Source: Myxococcota bacterium
GTDB lineage: Bacteria; Myxococcota_A; UBA9160; UBA6930
Assembly (NCBI GenBank): GCA_965223705.1
Contig: OZ245015.1
Coordinates: 3,712,001 to 3,776,000 of the forward strand
Direction: 5' to 3'
DNA length: 64,000 bases
Part shown: positions 1-9,395 of the stretch, one piece after another
How the letters are laid out: each line of letters opens with the position of its first letter
Position numbering within the stretch: the first letter of the stretch is position 1
Notes under the pieces: generated by a model
Database searches by the model: none
Seen by the model: the letters and a program-made list of their open reading frames with translations, nothing else
Told to the model about the DNA's origin: nothing
Position numbers and translations under genes: made by a program

Positions 1-446
1 TTTCGCGCATGGCCCTGGTCGGGGCCGCGGGCATCCAGCCCCCGGCCGGCGAGATCTTCGATCTCTTCATGGTCACGGCCGACGACTACCTGCGAAAGAC
101 CGTAATCGAACCGACTGCGACGGAAGAGTTCGGCGCGCTCTACGGGATCGAGCAGAGCCCGGAGCAGTACGAGGCTTTCGAAGACGCGCGCGCAGAGACC
201 GCGCGGCTCGCCTGGAAGCCGTACATGTTCAACCGCAGCCTGCCGAACCTGCTCGAAGCCGTGACCGATCTTCCGACGCTTCTCATCTGGGGAGAACAAG
301 ACGCGATCGTCCCGCGGAGCGTCGGCGAGGCGTACCGAGCCGCCATCGCCGGATCGGAGCTCGAAGTCATTCCGAACGCCGGGCACCGCCCCGAAATCGA
401 GAATTCCGAAGCCTTCTTGAGCGCCCTCAAGAGCTTCCTGGCCTAG
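1..446 (+). CDS. alpha/beta hydrolase, C-terminal part (5' end outside window)
   Basis: PTLLIWGEQDAIVP and IPNAGHRPEIE are typical acid and His segments of alpha/beta hydrolases; frame open to window edge. Confidence 0.8.
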   Translation, partial: SRMALVGAAGIQPPAGEIFDLFMVTADDYLRKTVIEPTATEEFGALYGIEQSPEQYEAFEDARAETARLAWKPYMFNRSLPNLLEAVTDLPTLLIWGEQDAIVPRSVGEAYRAAIAGSELEVIPNAGHRPEIENSEAFLSALKSFLA

Positions 447-467
447 TCGCCGAGAAAGGGAACCAAC

Positions 468-1787
468 ATGTTTATCTCCTGGTTTACCGAACGCGCCTAT
501 CACTACGAAGACGCTGAGAAGAATCGCGTTCTCGAGAACGAGGTCCTCCGCAAGCAGAGCTTCTTCGGAACGCCGAACGAGTTCTTCGACCGCAAACACG
601 CGTCGGACATGCTGAACATGTATATCGACGAGAAGGTTTGGTCCGAGCAGGAGCTCGACGGCTTCGACGGCGTGATGTTGAACGAGCACCACGCGACGCC
701 CTTCTGCCTGGGCTCCGTGATGGACGTCGAAGCCTCGATCCTGGCCAAGATGACCCATCGCTACCGGATTGCGCTCCTCGGCAACCCGATCCCCACCGTG
801 CACAGCCCCATTCGCTTGGCCGAAGAGCTCGCGATGATCGACTTGATCTCCGGGGGCCGCCTCATTCCCGGCTGGGTGCGCGGCGCGGGCTGTGAACAAA
901 TCGCGAACGGCGCGAACCCGGCCTACAACCGGGAGCTCTTCGAGGAAGGCCACGATCTCATCATCAAGGCCTGGACCGACGACGGTCCGTTCCGCTGGGA
1001 GGGCAAGCACTATCACTACCGCCACGTGAACCCGTGGGCGAAGCCGCTCCAAGAGCCGCATCCGCCGATCTGGATCCCGGGCCTGGTGAGCCCCGACACC
1101 GCGAGGTGGTGCGCCGAGAAGAAGTACCCCTACGTGGCGCTCGCCACCTACCCCGAACCCACCGCGGAGCTGTGGAACATCTACGCGGAACAAGCGGCAA
1201 AGGGTGGCTGGCAAGCCGGCTCCGAAAACTTCGGTTACTTGCAGCCGATCTTCGTGGGAGAGACGCAGGAGAAAGCCGAGGAAATGGGCAAGCGCTTCCT
1301 CTTCGGCGGTCACTTCGCGCACTTCGCACGGCCCGAGTGGATGTTCCCGCCCGGCTACAACTCGAAGGAGGCGACGGCGCGCCTGGCGCGACAGTTCGCG
1401 AACCCGAATCTCCCGGGTCGCACCATGGGCGCCGACTGGGCCGACGAAAAAGACGTCGAGAAGATCCGTAAGCGCATCTACGACCGATTCGACGCCGCCC
1501 AGGAAGACGGCCAGATGATCGCCGGCACGCCGGAATACGTCATTCCCCGCGTGAAGAAGGTGATGGACGTGTTGCGCCCCGGCATCTTCTCTTTCTGGAT
1601 CGACGGTCCGGTCCCGCCGGCGGAGCGAAGGACGTGTTTGCGGCTGCTGTCGGAGGAAGTCATTCCCGCGCTGCGCGAATACGGGAAAGAGCTCGGCTTG
1701 CGCTCGCCCTTCGACAAGGCGCCGGGGAGCACGCCGCTGAATTCCAGTGGTATCCCGGAGCCCGTCGCCTTCGCCGAGCAGTACTAA
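468..1787 (+). CDS. LLM-class (luciferase-like) flavin-dependent oxidoreductase
   Basis: LNEHH, PIRLAEELAMIDLISGGRL, KPLQEPHPPIW, IAGTPE motifs; purine-rich RBS upstream. Confidence 0.9.
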   Translation: MFISWFTERAYHYEDAEKNRVLENEVLRKQSFFGTPNEFFDRKHASDMLNMYIDEKVWSEQELDGFDGVMLNEHHATPFCLGSVMDVEASILAKMTHRYRIALLGNPIPTVHSPIRLAEELAMIDLISGGRLIPGWVRGAGCEQIANGANPAYNRELFEEGHDLIIKAWTDDGPFRWEGKHYHYRHVNPWAKPLQEPHPPIWIPGLVSPDTARWCAEKKYPYVALATYPEPTAELWNIYAEQAAKGGWQAGSENFGYLQPIFVGETQEKAEEMGKRFLFGGHFAHFARPEWMFPPGYNSKEATARLARQFANPNLPGRTMGADWADEKDVEKIRKRIYDRFDAAQEDGQMIAGTPEYVIPRVKKVMDVLRPGIFSFWIDGPVPPAERRTCLRLLSEEVIPALREYGKELGLRSPFDKAPGSTPLNSSGIPEPVAFAEQY

Positions 1788-1799
1788 GCGCGCACCGCC

Positions 1800-2510
1800 G
1801 TGCAAATCTCGGGGCCCGAAGGGCAACCGACGTGCGACGAGTTCGAGCTGCTCACGTCGTTGCTTCCGCTCGACGGTGCAGAGGTGTTGGAGCTCGGCTG
1901 CGGAGCCGCGGAGAAAACCCGGGCCATCGCGGAGAAGACAGGGGTCGCGCGCGTCGTCGCGGCCGAGGTCGACGCGATCCAGCACGCGAAAAACCTCGAG
2001 CGGACGGATCTACCGACCGTCGAGTTCGCGGCTTTTGGGGCGGAAGCGATCGAAGCACCGGATGACACGTTCGATATCGTGCTCCTGTTCAAGTCGCTAC
2101 ATCACGTGCCCGTCGCCTCTATGGACGCGGCTTTGCGGGAGATCGCCCGCGTTCTGAGACCCGGCGGTCTCGCCTACATCTCCGAGCCGGTCTTCGCGGG
2201 AGACTTCAACGAAGTAATTCGGCTCTTCCATGACGAGTCGACCGTGCGAAGCGCGGCGTTTGCGGCGGAAGTCAAAGCGGTCGAAGACGGTGCCCTCGAA
2301 CTCGAAGAGCAGCGGTTCTTTTACACGCGCATGCGCATGGAGAGCTTCGAGCATTTCGAAGAATCCATGATTGGCGCGACTCATACCGAGCACCGCGTGT
2401 CTCCAGAAGTTCTCTTAGAAGTGCGCAAGCGATTTGAAAGGAACGCGGGTCCCGAGGGCTACGTCTTCCACGTTCCCATTCGGGTCGACCTGATGCGGAA
2501 GCCCAGGTGA
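1800..2510 (+). CDS. class I SAM-dependent methyltransferase
   Basis: VLELGCGAA motif I, DDTFDIV, SLHH, RVLRPGG. Confidence 0.85.
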   Translation: MQISGPEGQPTCDEFELLTSLLPLDGAEVLELGCGAAEKTRAIAEKTGVARVVAAEVDAIQHAKNLERTDLPTVEFAAFGAEAIEAPDDTFDIVLLFKSLHHVPVASMDAALREIARVLRPGGLAYISEPVFAGDFNEVIRLFHDESTVRSAAFAAEVKAVEDGALELEEQRFFYTRMRMESFEHFEESMIGATHTEHRVSPEVLLEVRKRFERNAGPEGYVFHVPIRVDLMRKPR

Positions 2511-2528
2511 AAGGATATTGAGACCCGC

Positions 2529-3680
2529 TTACGTGTTCTCAGCCGCGGTCTGAAGCCAACCCTCCCACTCTTCCGGAAACGCGGCTTCGAGATCGCGCCG
2601 CACCTCTCCATCCCGAAGCGCTTCGATCGCGAGATGTGCCGCGGCCACCGCTCCGATCGCGTTTTTGATCGGCAGAGCCGGCATTTCATGGTGGCTTGCG
2701 ACGGCCTCGACCAACGTGGACGGCAGCCCCCACAGCTCGAGCAGCGACGCTCCGACGCTCGCGTGGTCGGCGCCGAACACGCGGGCTTCGTCGTTCCGGC
2801 TGTTCGCCAACCGAATCTCTTTGATGTTGTCCGACCCGTTGGCGGCGAGGGCCAGCCAACCCACGTCGTGAAGAATACCGCCGGCGAAAGCGGTCAAGAA
2901 CTCGCCGCGCTCGGCCTGAACGCACTCGCGTGCGAGTGCGGCGGCGACTTGCCCGACGGCCCTGCTGTGTCGCGTGATCTCTGCGGCCAAGGCTTTGGTC
3001 TCCATCGATCCCCCCGCGGCCGCCAGCTGAAGGCCGTCGCAGAGAGCAATCGACTTGATCGCCTTGGTACCGAGGAACGCCACCGCATCGCGAACCGCGA
3101 CGATCGTTTGCGGCACCCCGAAGTAGGCCGAATTGACGATCTGCAGAAGCTTCGCGCTGAGAGAGGGGTCGATTTCGACGGCGTCAGCGACCGCTTTGAA
3201 GACATCCTCGGCCGCGAACTCCGCCTGGGTCACCGCCTGGTACGACGCCCCGGTCGACGGAAGTGACGAGATCGCGCCGATGTGGTTTCGAACGCGTCCC
3301 TCGCCCAAACGGCTGAGCGCTCGTTCGAACGCTTCCAAGGTCGCGAACAGAACCTCGCGCGGGCACGGCTTCATCAACCAACGGTGAGCCGAAACCACAC
3401 CGCGATGCGCTTCGTCGGAATCGTCCATACCGGTCAGCACGACGCGCAGCATGTGGGGATGCTCTCGCTGCAACCGTTCGAGAAGGTCGGAGCCGCTCAT
3501 CCCAGCCATGCGAATTTCGGAGATGATGATGTCAAACACCGGCTCGGACGCGATCTTCGAGAGGGCCTCATTCGCGTTTGCCGCGAGGTCGAGCTCCCAT
3601 TGCCCTCGCTTTCGACGAAAGGCGAGTCGGTAGCCTTCGCGGACCTGCGCTTCGTCGTCCACCACGAGGACCCGCATCAT
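2529..3680 (-). CDS. response regulator with atypical receiver (Asp->Glu) and HDOD domain
   Basis: RVLVVDDE...DIIISEIRMAG...LTG...MKP receiver; LPS...DPSLSAKLLQIVNSAYFG...GILHDVG...LELWGLP HDOD. Confidence 0.88.
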   Translation of the reverse strand: MMRVLVVDDEAQVREGYRLAFRRKRGQWELDLAANANEALSKIASEPVFDIIISEIRMAGMSGSDLLERLQREHPHMLRVVLTGMDDSDEAHRGVVSAHRWLMKPCPREVLFATLEAFERALSRLGEGRVRNHIGAISSLPSTGASYQAVTQAEFAAEDVFKAVADAVEIDPSLSAKLLQIVNSAYFGVPQTIVAVRDAVAFLGTKAIKSIALCDGLQLAAAGGSMETKALAAEITRHSRAVGQVAAALARECVQAERGEFLTAFAGGILHDVGWLALAANGSDNIKEIRLANSRNDEARVFGADHASVGASLLELWGLPSTLVEAVASHHEMPALPIKNAIGAVAAAHLAIEALRDGEVRRDLEAAFPEEWEGWLQTAAENT

Positions 3681-5605
3681 GGAGCGTCCTCGAGAGGAAG
3701 CGCGATATAGAACGTCGTCCCCTTCCCTGTATCGGTTTCGAACCAGAGACGTCCGCCGTGTTGCTCGACCACGCAGTTGTAGGCGATCGCCAGCCCTTGC
3801 CCGGAGCCTTTACCCACGGTTTTCGTCGTGAAGAACGGATCGAAGACACGGTCCCGCACGTCTTCGGGGATACCGCAGCCGTCGTCGGACACCGACACGA
3901 TCACTTCGCCGTCCCTGCGTCGGGTCTCCACGCGAATGACTCCCGTCTCGCCGGTCCCTGCCCGGTCGACTTCGATCGCGTGCGCTGCGTTGACGACCAG
4001 GTTGAGAAAAACCTGATTGAGATCACTCAAATGGCAAGGAACCCCGGGAATCTCGCCGAGCGAAAGTTCTAGTTCGGCGATGTACTTGTACTCGCCGCGC
4101 GCGACCGTGAGCGTCGTATCGATGGCATGGTTGAGATCCGAAACGACTTTTTCTTTGCTTCCCGGGTGGGCGAAGTCTTTCATCGCTCGAACGATCGACG
4201 CGACTCGCGAGAGGCCGTCGAGGCTTCGCTTGATCGCTTCGGGGCCTTCGCTCAGTACAAACTCGAGGTCGGCTTCTTCCTCGACTTCGACGAGCGACTT
4301 CGTCGCTTCCGCTGCAAGGCCTTGAGACGCCACCGTGTCTTTGTAGGAGTTGAGGACACCGACGAGATCGGTAAAGGCCTCTTCCAAGAATGTGACGCTG
4401 TCGCTCACGAACTGGACGGGAGTATTGATCTCGTGGGCGATTCCCGCGGCGAGCTGACCAACCGACTCGAGTTTTTGCGCTTGTCGCAACTCGATTTCGA
4501 GGTTCCGCTGCGCGCTGATATCGCGTGCGACGACCGTAAAGCTCTGCGGCGCTTCCCGGCCCGCCGTCGAAGACACCGCGAGCAGGCACGGAAAAGAGTC
4601 ACCGTCACCTCTCAGCCCTTGAACCTCGAACGACCCTTCTGCGAGCGGATCGTCCCCCTCGATCGTGGCGAGCAGCGTGTCGACGGGCGCACCGATCAGC
4701 TCGTCGTGACTGCGACGAAAATCGGTTTCCGCAGCCCGGTTCGCCGTGGCGACCCGCCGATCGCCGTCGAAGGTCAGGATCGATGACGGAGCTGTCGAAA
4801 GGATGCTCTCGAGCTCGGTGCTCAGCGCTTTCGCGATGGCCTCCGCTTCGCGGGCCGCTCGGCTCTCCGCCCGTATTTGGCCGACGTAGCTCGCCAGCGT
4901 CTCGTTGAGGCTTCGGAGTTCGCTCACGCGGACGTCGTCTGCCGGCGGAGGCGGTTCACCGCGCCGCGCCGCGTCCGTCAGGCGTTCGATCGGGGTTACG
5001 AGGCGACGGGACAGCCACAGCCAGATCCCCGACAACACCGCGGCGTAGACGAGGGAGCTCGCGATCGCTTGGTGAAGGCTTCTTCGGCGCTGATCGACCA
5101 CTCGCTGCGTCAAGTTCTCGAAGCGGTCGGAGCTGTTTTCCCGCGCGGACTCCAACCATGCGACGAAATCACCGGTGAGTTCGTCCGAGCGAACCCGCAG
5201 GATCTCGCCGCGTTCGCGCAGCATGGGCTCGGACAAGAAAGCGTACTCACGGCTCGTTTCGTCGGCCGACGAGACGAGTTCAGAAACCCGCGCGGCGTCT
5301 TCACCGGTGATCGTCTGCGCCTCGGCGAGTCGAGCGATGAGATCGGTGGTTGAAATCGCTTGTTGGTTCGCGCCTTCCCAGTAGTAGGCGCCCCCGTGGC
5401 CGTAGAGCAAATCCAGGGAAACCAACCACTGCGCGACAAGCGCCTCGAGGAACTCGAAATCGCGCTCGGCGAGCGCCGCCTGGGTGGCGTCTTGGGCGAG
5501 GCGATCGACCCGCTGGTACCCGCGATCCGCGGCGTAGAAGACCGTGAAGCCCAGGATTGCCGTGGCGAGGACGGCCCCGGCAACGTGCTGGCCAATCCGG
5601 GACAT
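3677..5605 (-). CDS. membrane sensor histidine kinase (2 TM, HAMP, PAS, HisKA, HATPase)
   Basis: H-box AHEINTP, N-box NLVVNAAHA, DDGCG, FDPFFTTK, GSGQGL; start reset to ATG 5605, which overlaps the upstream TAA (TAATG). Confidence 0.9.
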   Translation of the reverse strand: MSRIGQHVAGAVLATAILGFTVFYAADRGYQRVDRLAQDATQAALAERDFEFLEALVAQWLVSLDLLYGHGGAYYWEGANQQAISTTDLIARLAEAQTITGEDAARVSELVSSADETSREYAFLSEPMLRERGEILRVRSDELTGDFVAWLESARENSSDRFENLTQRVVDQRRRSLHQAIASSLVYAAVLSGIWLWLSRRLVTPIERLTDAARRGEPPPPADDVRVSELRSLNETLASYVGQIRAESRAAREAEAIAKALSTELESILSTAPSSILTFDGDRRVATANRAAETDFRRSHDELIGAPVDTLLATIEGDDPLAEGSFEVQGLRGDGDSFPCLLAVSSTAGREAPQSFTVVARDISAQRNLEIELRQAQKLESVGQLAAGIAHEINTPVQFVSDSVTFLEEAFTDLVGVLNSYKDTVASQGLAAEATKSLVEVEEEADLEFVLSEGPEAIKRSLDGLSRVASIVRAMKDFAHPGSKEKVVSDLNHAIDTTLTVARGEYKYIAELELSLGEIPGVPCHLSDLNQVFLNLVVNAAHAIEVDRAGTGETGVIRVETRRRDGEVIVSVSDDGCGIPEDVRDRVFDPFFTTKTVGKGSGQGLAIAYNCVVEQHGGRLWFETDTGKGTTFYIALPLEDAP

Positions 5606-6252
5606 TACGGAGCGTCGGCGGCGTTGGGATCTGCGTTTGCGGGGGTCGCGGCCAAGGAACCGAGGGTCTCTCCCCATGCGGCCTCGGTGACCGCGATGGT
5701 TTTGATTCCCGAGCGGGCGACCGCTTCGATGAGTCCGAGCGTATCCTGTGGGAACCCCATAGATTCGCCGCGAAACGCGAGATCCTCCGGCTCGAACCAC
5801 CGGATGAGATCGGCCAGCGTCCGCCCGCGGAATTTCGCCCGAGTGTCGTCGCTTTCGATGACCGTGCGTCGTCGACTGCGACATTTCTGGACTCGGTAGT
5901 CGAGGATGCTGAGATCCCGCTCGAGACCCCACGCGACCTCGACGAGTCCCCAACGGCTTCGCTCGGATCGGACGTGCACGAATCCGAGCGGTTCCCCCGC
6001 TCGGGTCGCGACATAGAGCGTGTGCTTCCCCAGCTCTGCCCGGTGAAGCGGAAACGGAACAGCCTCCTCGACGCGGGCGGCGACATCCCGGTCGATTTTC
6101 CGAACGATCGACTGGTAGCCGTTCGCATCCGGGAACATGTCGTAGATCAGCTTCACCGGATCGCGTAGTGCGCAGTAGGCTTGGGCTTCGGCGATCTCCG
6201 CGTGGAACGAAATCGCGACCAGCAGCATCAGCGTGAATCTCGTCGGGCCCAC
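5605..6252 (-). CDS. exported hypothetical protein, weak resemblance to FMN-binding/RnfG-NosR-like fold
   Basis: GTG at 6252 preceded by GGAGG; signal-like N-terminus (MLLVAISFHAEIAEAQA); coupled to neighbouring genes; no SGAT/TGAT flavinylation motif. Confidence 0.6.
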   Translation of the reverse strand: MGPTRFTLMLLVAISFHAEIAEAQAYCALRDPVKLIYDMFPDANGYQSIVRKIDRDVAARVEEAVPFPLHRAELGKHTLYVATRAGEPLGFVHVRSERSRWGLVEVAWGLERDLSILDYRVQKCRSRRRTVIESDDTRAKFRGRTLADLIRWFEPEDLAFRGESMGFPQDTLGLIEAVARSGIKTIAVTEAAWGETLGSLAATPANADPNAADAP

Positions 6253-6260
6253 GACCCCTC

Positions 6261-7364
6261 CTAGTATCGGTACCGCAGCTGAAACGCCCACAACGTGTCT
6301 CGCTCGCCGTCTCCGAACGTGGTGAACTGTTGTGAGATCTGAGTGCTCACACTCCAGTGTCGGTCCGGTGCGAACCGAATCCCGAAGGCGCCGGAAGTCT
6401 GGTCCTCCCAACCGGAATCCCAGTCCCGCTCGTGGGCCTTGAGCTGGAGGTACGCCACGGTGCGATCGTCCGATGCGTGCCAGTCGAGTTCGAGCAGGAG
6501 GAGGCGTACGCCCTGGCCCCGGTCGTCGCCGAGCGAAGCTTCGCCGAGCAGCGTGAAGCGCGAAAACTCGTAGTGGGCATCGATCCCGAAACGAGTTCGC
6601 CGCAGGATGTGCTCGATATCGGCCTCGCTTCCTGGGTCTGCGAGACCTCGCTTCCACAGTCCGACTGCGCGCTCATTCGAGACGCGTCCATGAAAGCCGG
6701 ATAGGCCCACCGCGAAGCGACGTTCGGAGGAAGTTCCGACCCGCCCGGCGACGATGCCCGAAGCTTCGCCGTGACGCTGATCGGTGTTGCCGCGCTGCCA
6801 GCCGACTTCGTATTCGAGCCATGGCAATACGCCGTTCACCGAGGCGCCCCAGTCCGCTTTCATTCCGAGATTCTCTGGGCTGGTGTAGTCGCGAAGGGTT
6901 CCGTTCGTGTTGATGGAGTGCTCGAGACCGAAGGGAACCTCGTACCGGCCGACCCGAAAATTGAGGCGACCGCCGGTGAGTCCGGTGTAGTTGAAATTGA
7001 AGATGCGATAGACGAACTCCCAGTCGTCTTCGTCCTCAAAAAAGGGAGGATGAGCGGGCTGATTGTGAATCCGCGTCAAATAGCCCTGGAGCGTCAGAGT
7101 TCCGATGTCCTGCTCGCGCGAGCTCACGACCTTGTGGGCGTCGAAGCCCAAGAAAGACTCGAGTGCGGTCTCTCTGCGCTCGTCGGAATAGACGAAGCGC
7201 TGACTCGCATCGAGTGTGAATCGAAGGTTCTCGAAACGATCGATCTGACGATCGAGGAGCGGCACTCGCAAGCTCGGCCAGTCCACCTCTGCCCGCGACG
7301 GGTTGGGTATCCCACCGATCAGGAGCAAGAGCGCGAAGCTCCATACGCACACGGGGTTTGCCAT
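6261..7364 (-). CDS. putative outer-membrane beta-barrel (porin-like) protein
   Basis: signal peptide, amphipathic strand pattern, NFRVGRYEVPFGLE segment, C-terminal WAFQLRYRY aromatic beta-signal. Confidence 0.7.
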   Translation of the reverse strand: MANPVCVWSFALLLLIGGIPNPSRAEVDWPSLRVPLLDRQIDRFENLRFTLDASQRFVYSDERRETALESFLGFDAHKVVSSREQDIGTLTLQGYLTRIHNQPAHPPFFEDEDDWEFVYRIFNFNYTGLTGGRLNFRVGRYEVPFGLEHSINTNGTLRDYTSPENLGMKADWGASVNGVLPWLEYEVGWQRGNTDQRHGEASGIVAGRVGTSSERRFAVGLSGFHGRVSNERAVGLWKRGLADPGSEADIEHILRRTRFGIDAHYEFSRFTLLGEASLGDDRGQGVRLLLLELDWHASDDRTVAYLQLKAHERDWDSGWEDQTSGAFGIRFAPDRHWSVSTQISQQFTTFGDGERDTLWAFQLRYRY

Positions 7365-7426
7365 GAGACTGGAGTCGGACCATTCCCACTGGAACTAAAG
7401 CCTGGGCGCGTTGCCAGCTCCGTGAT

Positions 7427-8563
7427 TTATGAAGGCTTTTCGCCACAGGGCACGGGAAACGGTTTCCCGGGTTTCGCGAAGAGGTAGCCCTGGAGATAGT
7501 CGCACCCGAGCGCTCGTATCGTCGCGCGCTCCGCATCGGTCTCGATGCCCTCAGCGACGGTCTGAATGCCGAGCTCGTTGCACAACCGGCAGATGGATTC
7601 GATCAAGCGGCCCTTTGTCGAGCCGGCCTCGACCCCCCGAATCAACTCCATGTCGAATTTCACGAAGTCGGGCTCCAGGGCCGCGAAGCTCGATAGCCCG
7701 GCGTAGCCCGCTCCGAGATCGTCGATGGCGAGCCGGAAGCCCAGCGAGCGGATCCGGGCCACCTTCTCATCGAAGTCGACGATCGTGCCGAGCGTTTCTC
7801 GTTCGGTGAGCTCGAGCACGATTCGATCGCGGTGTGAAGCTTCCTCGAGGAGAGCGAAGAACTCGGCGTGCTCGAGCGAACGCGGATGTACGTTCACAAA
7901 AAGCGACCGGCCGTCGGGGAGATCCTCGGTCAATGCGGAGACACAAGCCCAGACGCGTTCGTCGATCTGATCGATCCCGCCGAGACCTTCTCCGAGTGCG
8001 AGGAGCTCGAGGGGAGACATGCCTTCGACTCGCATGAGGGCTTCGTACGCGAAGGACCGACCGGTCTCGCTCGAGAACACAATCGGTTGCGCCGCCAGCC
8101 ACAAGCCCGAAAGGGCGAGCTCGAACCGGTCTGCGTCGCCGTCGTCTGCGGTCGCGCGACTCGGTTGTTCGAGGTCGCGACGGCTGATGAATCGAGCCGC
8201 TTCATCGATGACGTCGCGCAGTTCTTCCGCGCCGCAGGGCTTCATGAGAAAGCGGAAGATCTCCGCCTTGTTGATCGCGTTCGCGACGGCCGCCATGTCG
8301 GCTTGGCCGGTCAGGATGACGCGGACGGTCTCAGGCCATTCCTCGCGAACCCGCGCCAACAGTTCGGAGCCTTGGAGCCCGGGCATCCGCTCGTCCGACA
8401 CCACCATGTCGAAACGTCCGGCGGCGAGTTTCTCGAGGGCTTCTTCTCCGCTGTCGGCGATCTCCACGGTATGGGGCGACCGGCGAAGCAGCGCTCGGAT
8501 GCTGCGCGTTACCTCGGGTTCGTCGTCGACGAAGAGCAGTCGCAGGGGACGGACATCGGTCAT
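7427..8563 (-). CDS. response regulator c-di-GMP phosphodiesterase (REC-EAL)
   Basis: FVDDE, VVSDERMPG (phospho-Asp intact), KP; EAL motifs YEALMR, VNV, LELTE, DDLGAGY, KFD, AEGIE, QGY. Confidence 0.9.
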   Translation of the reverse strand: MTDVRPLRLLFVDDEPEVTRSIRALLRRSPHTVEIADSGEEALEKLAAGRFDMVVSDERMPGLQGSELLARVREEWPETVRVILTGQADMAAVANAINKAEIFRFLMKPCGAEELRDVIDEAARFISRRDLEQPSRATADDGDADRFELALSGLWLAAQPIVFSSETGRSFAYEALMRVEGMSPLELLALGEGLGGIDQIDERVWACVSALTEDLPDGRSLFVNVHPRSLEHAEFFALLEEASHRDRIVLELTERETLGTIVDFDEKVARIRSLGFRLAIDDLGAGYAGLSSFAALEPDFVKFDMELIRGVEAGSTKGRLIESICRLCNELGIQTVAEGIETDAERATIRALGCDYLQGYLFAKPGKPFPVPCGEKPS

Positions 8564-8572
8564 CGACCCCGG

Positions 8573-8600
8573 TTATCGGATTCGGAGCGGGAGTGCTGGA
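8573..8600 (-). promoter_or_regulatory. possible sigma-28-type promoter for REC-EAL gene
   Basis: minus strand TCCAG-N15-TCCGATAA ending 9 nt upstream of the ATG; resembles TAAA/TCAAG-N15-GCCGATAA. Confidence 0.3.
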
Positions 8601-8727
8601 TCGGGCTTTTCCTGTCGCCCCGCGGGCCGGGGTTTCGTTCACCGAGGTGAATCCCGACGGCAATTGGTGGCGTAACACTACGATAGGAGCCCGTGTTTGA
8701 GCGCTCCTCACAGGAAGGAATTCGTCC

Positions 8728-9291
8728 ATGCGCCCCCTCGCTCTTCTCTCGTCGTTCGCCTTGACGCTCGCTCTCACTGCAGCTTCCGGCGCCGCCACCA
8801 TTGTTGGCAGCGCCACCTTGACGGGTGACCAGGAGGTCCCCCCGGTGGCGACGGCCGCATCGGGAACCCTGAGCTTCACCCTCGACGACACCACGCTGTT
8901 GATGGATCTCACCGGATCCGTGCAAGGTCTCTCGGTCGCGGATATCACATTCCCGAGCGGCCCTCTCGCGTTCGGGACGTTCGGGCCGCTCCACATTCAT
9001 GCCGGAGCTGCCGGCACAAACGGGGGCATCGTGGTCCCGTTCAGCGAGGCGAGCTTCTTCACGGACACCGCCACGGGATTCGACGTCTCGGCGATGGGGA
9101 TTCCCGTAGACGCGAGCGTGATCCCGCAGCTCCTGTCCGGTGACACGTACTTCAACCTCCACACACCGCCGAACGACGGGGGCGAGATCCGCGGCCAGAT
9201 CAGCGCGGCGATCCCCGAGCCGTCGAGTGCCCTGCTGTTTGGCTTGGCGATTGGGCTAGCAGCGCTGCATACGCGCGGCCGCGCGATGTAG
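8728..9291 (+). CDS. CHRD-domain protein with PEP-CTERM sorting signal
   Basis: signal peptide; LTGDQEVPPV, HIH, YFNLHT...GGEIRGQI (CHRD); IPEPSS + hydrophobic helix + basic tail. Confidence 0.9.
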   Translation: MRPLALLSSFALTLALTAASGAATIVGSATLTGDQEVPPVATAASGTLSFTLDDTTLLMDLTGSVQGLSVADITFPSGPLAFGTFGPLHIHAGAAGTNGGIVVPFSEASFFTDTATGFDVSAMGIPVDASVIPQLLSGDTYFNLHTPPNDGGEIRGQISAAIPEPSSALLFGLAIGLAALHTRGRAM

Positions 9292-9331
9292 GATCGCCAG
9301 AACGGAGATCCCCCGAGGGGCATGGAGCGAC

Positions 9332-9357
9332 GTGTGGTGTTCGAAAGACCACACTTT
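9332..9357 (+). terminator. possible weak terminator or operator hairpin after the PEP-CTERM gene
   Basis: GTGTGGT-N9-ACCACAC followed by TTT. Confidence 0.3.
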
Positions 9358-9395
9358 CACAAGTTCTCTATGCTTCTTCCCTCGGAGTCTCCGCC

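Noticed and set aside
5606..5953. Long N-terminal extensions in the ORF track (kinase, TPP enzyme, solA, hydrolase, hydantoinase B, PilZ, rsmA, suhB, LPS kinase)
   Set aside because: They overlap upstream genes; downstream starts with RBS or stop/start coupling fit the family N-termini
8664..8685. Sigma-54 promoter upstream of the PEP-CTERM gene
   Set aside because: TGGCGT is present but the -12 position reads TACG rather than TTGC
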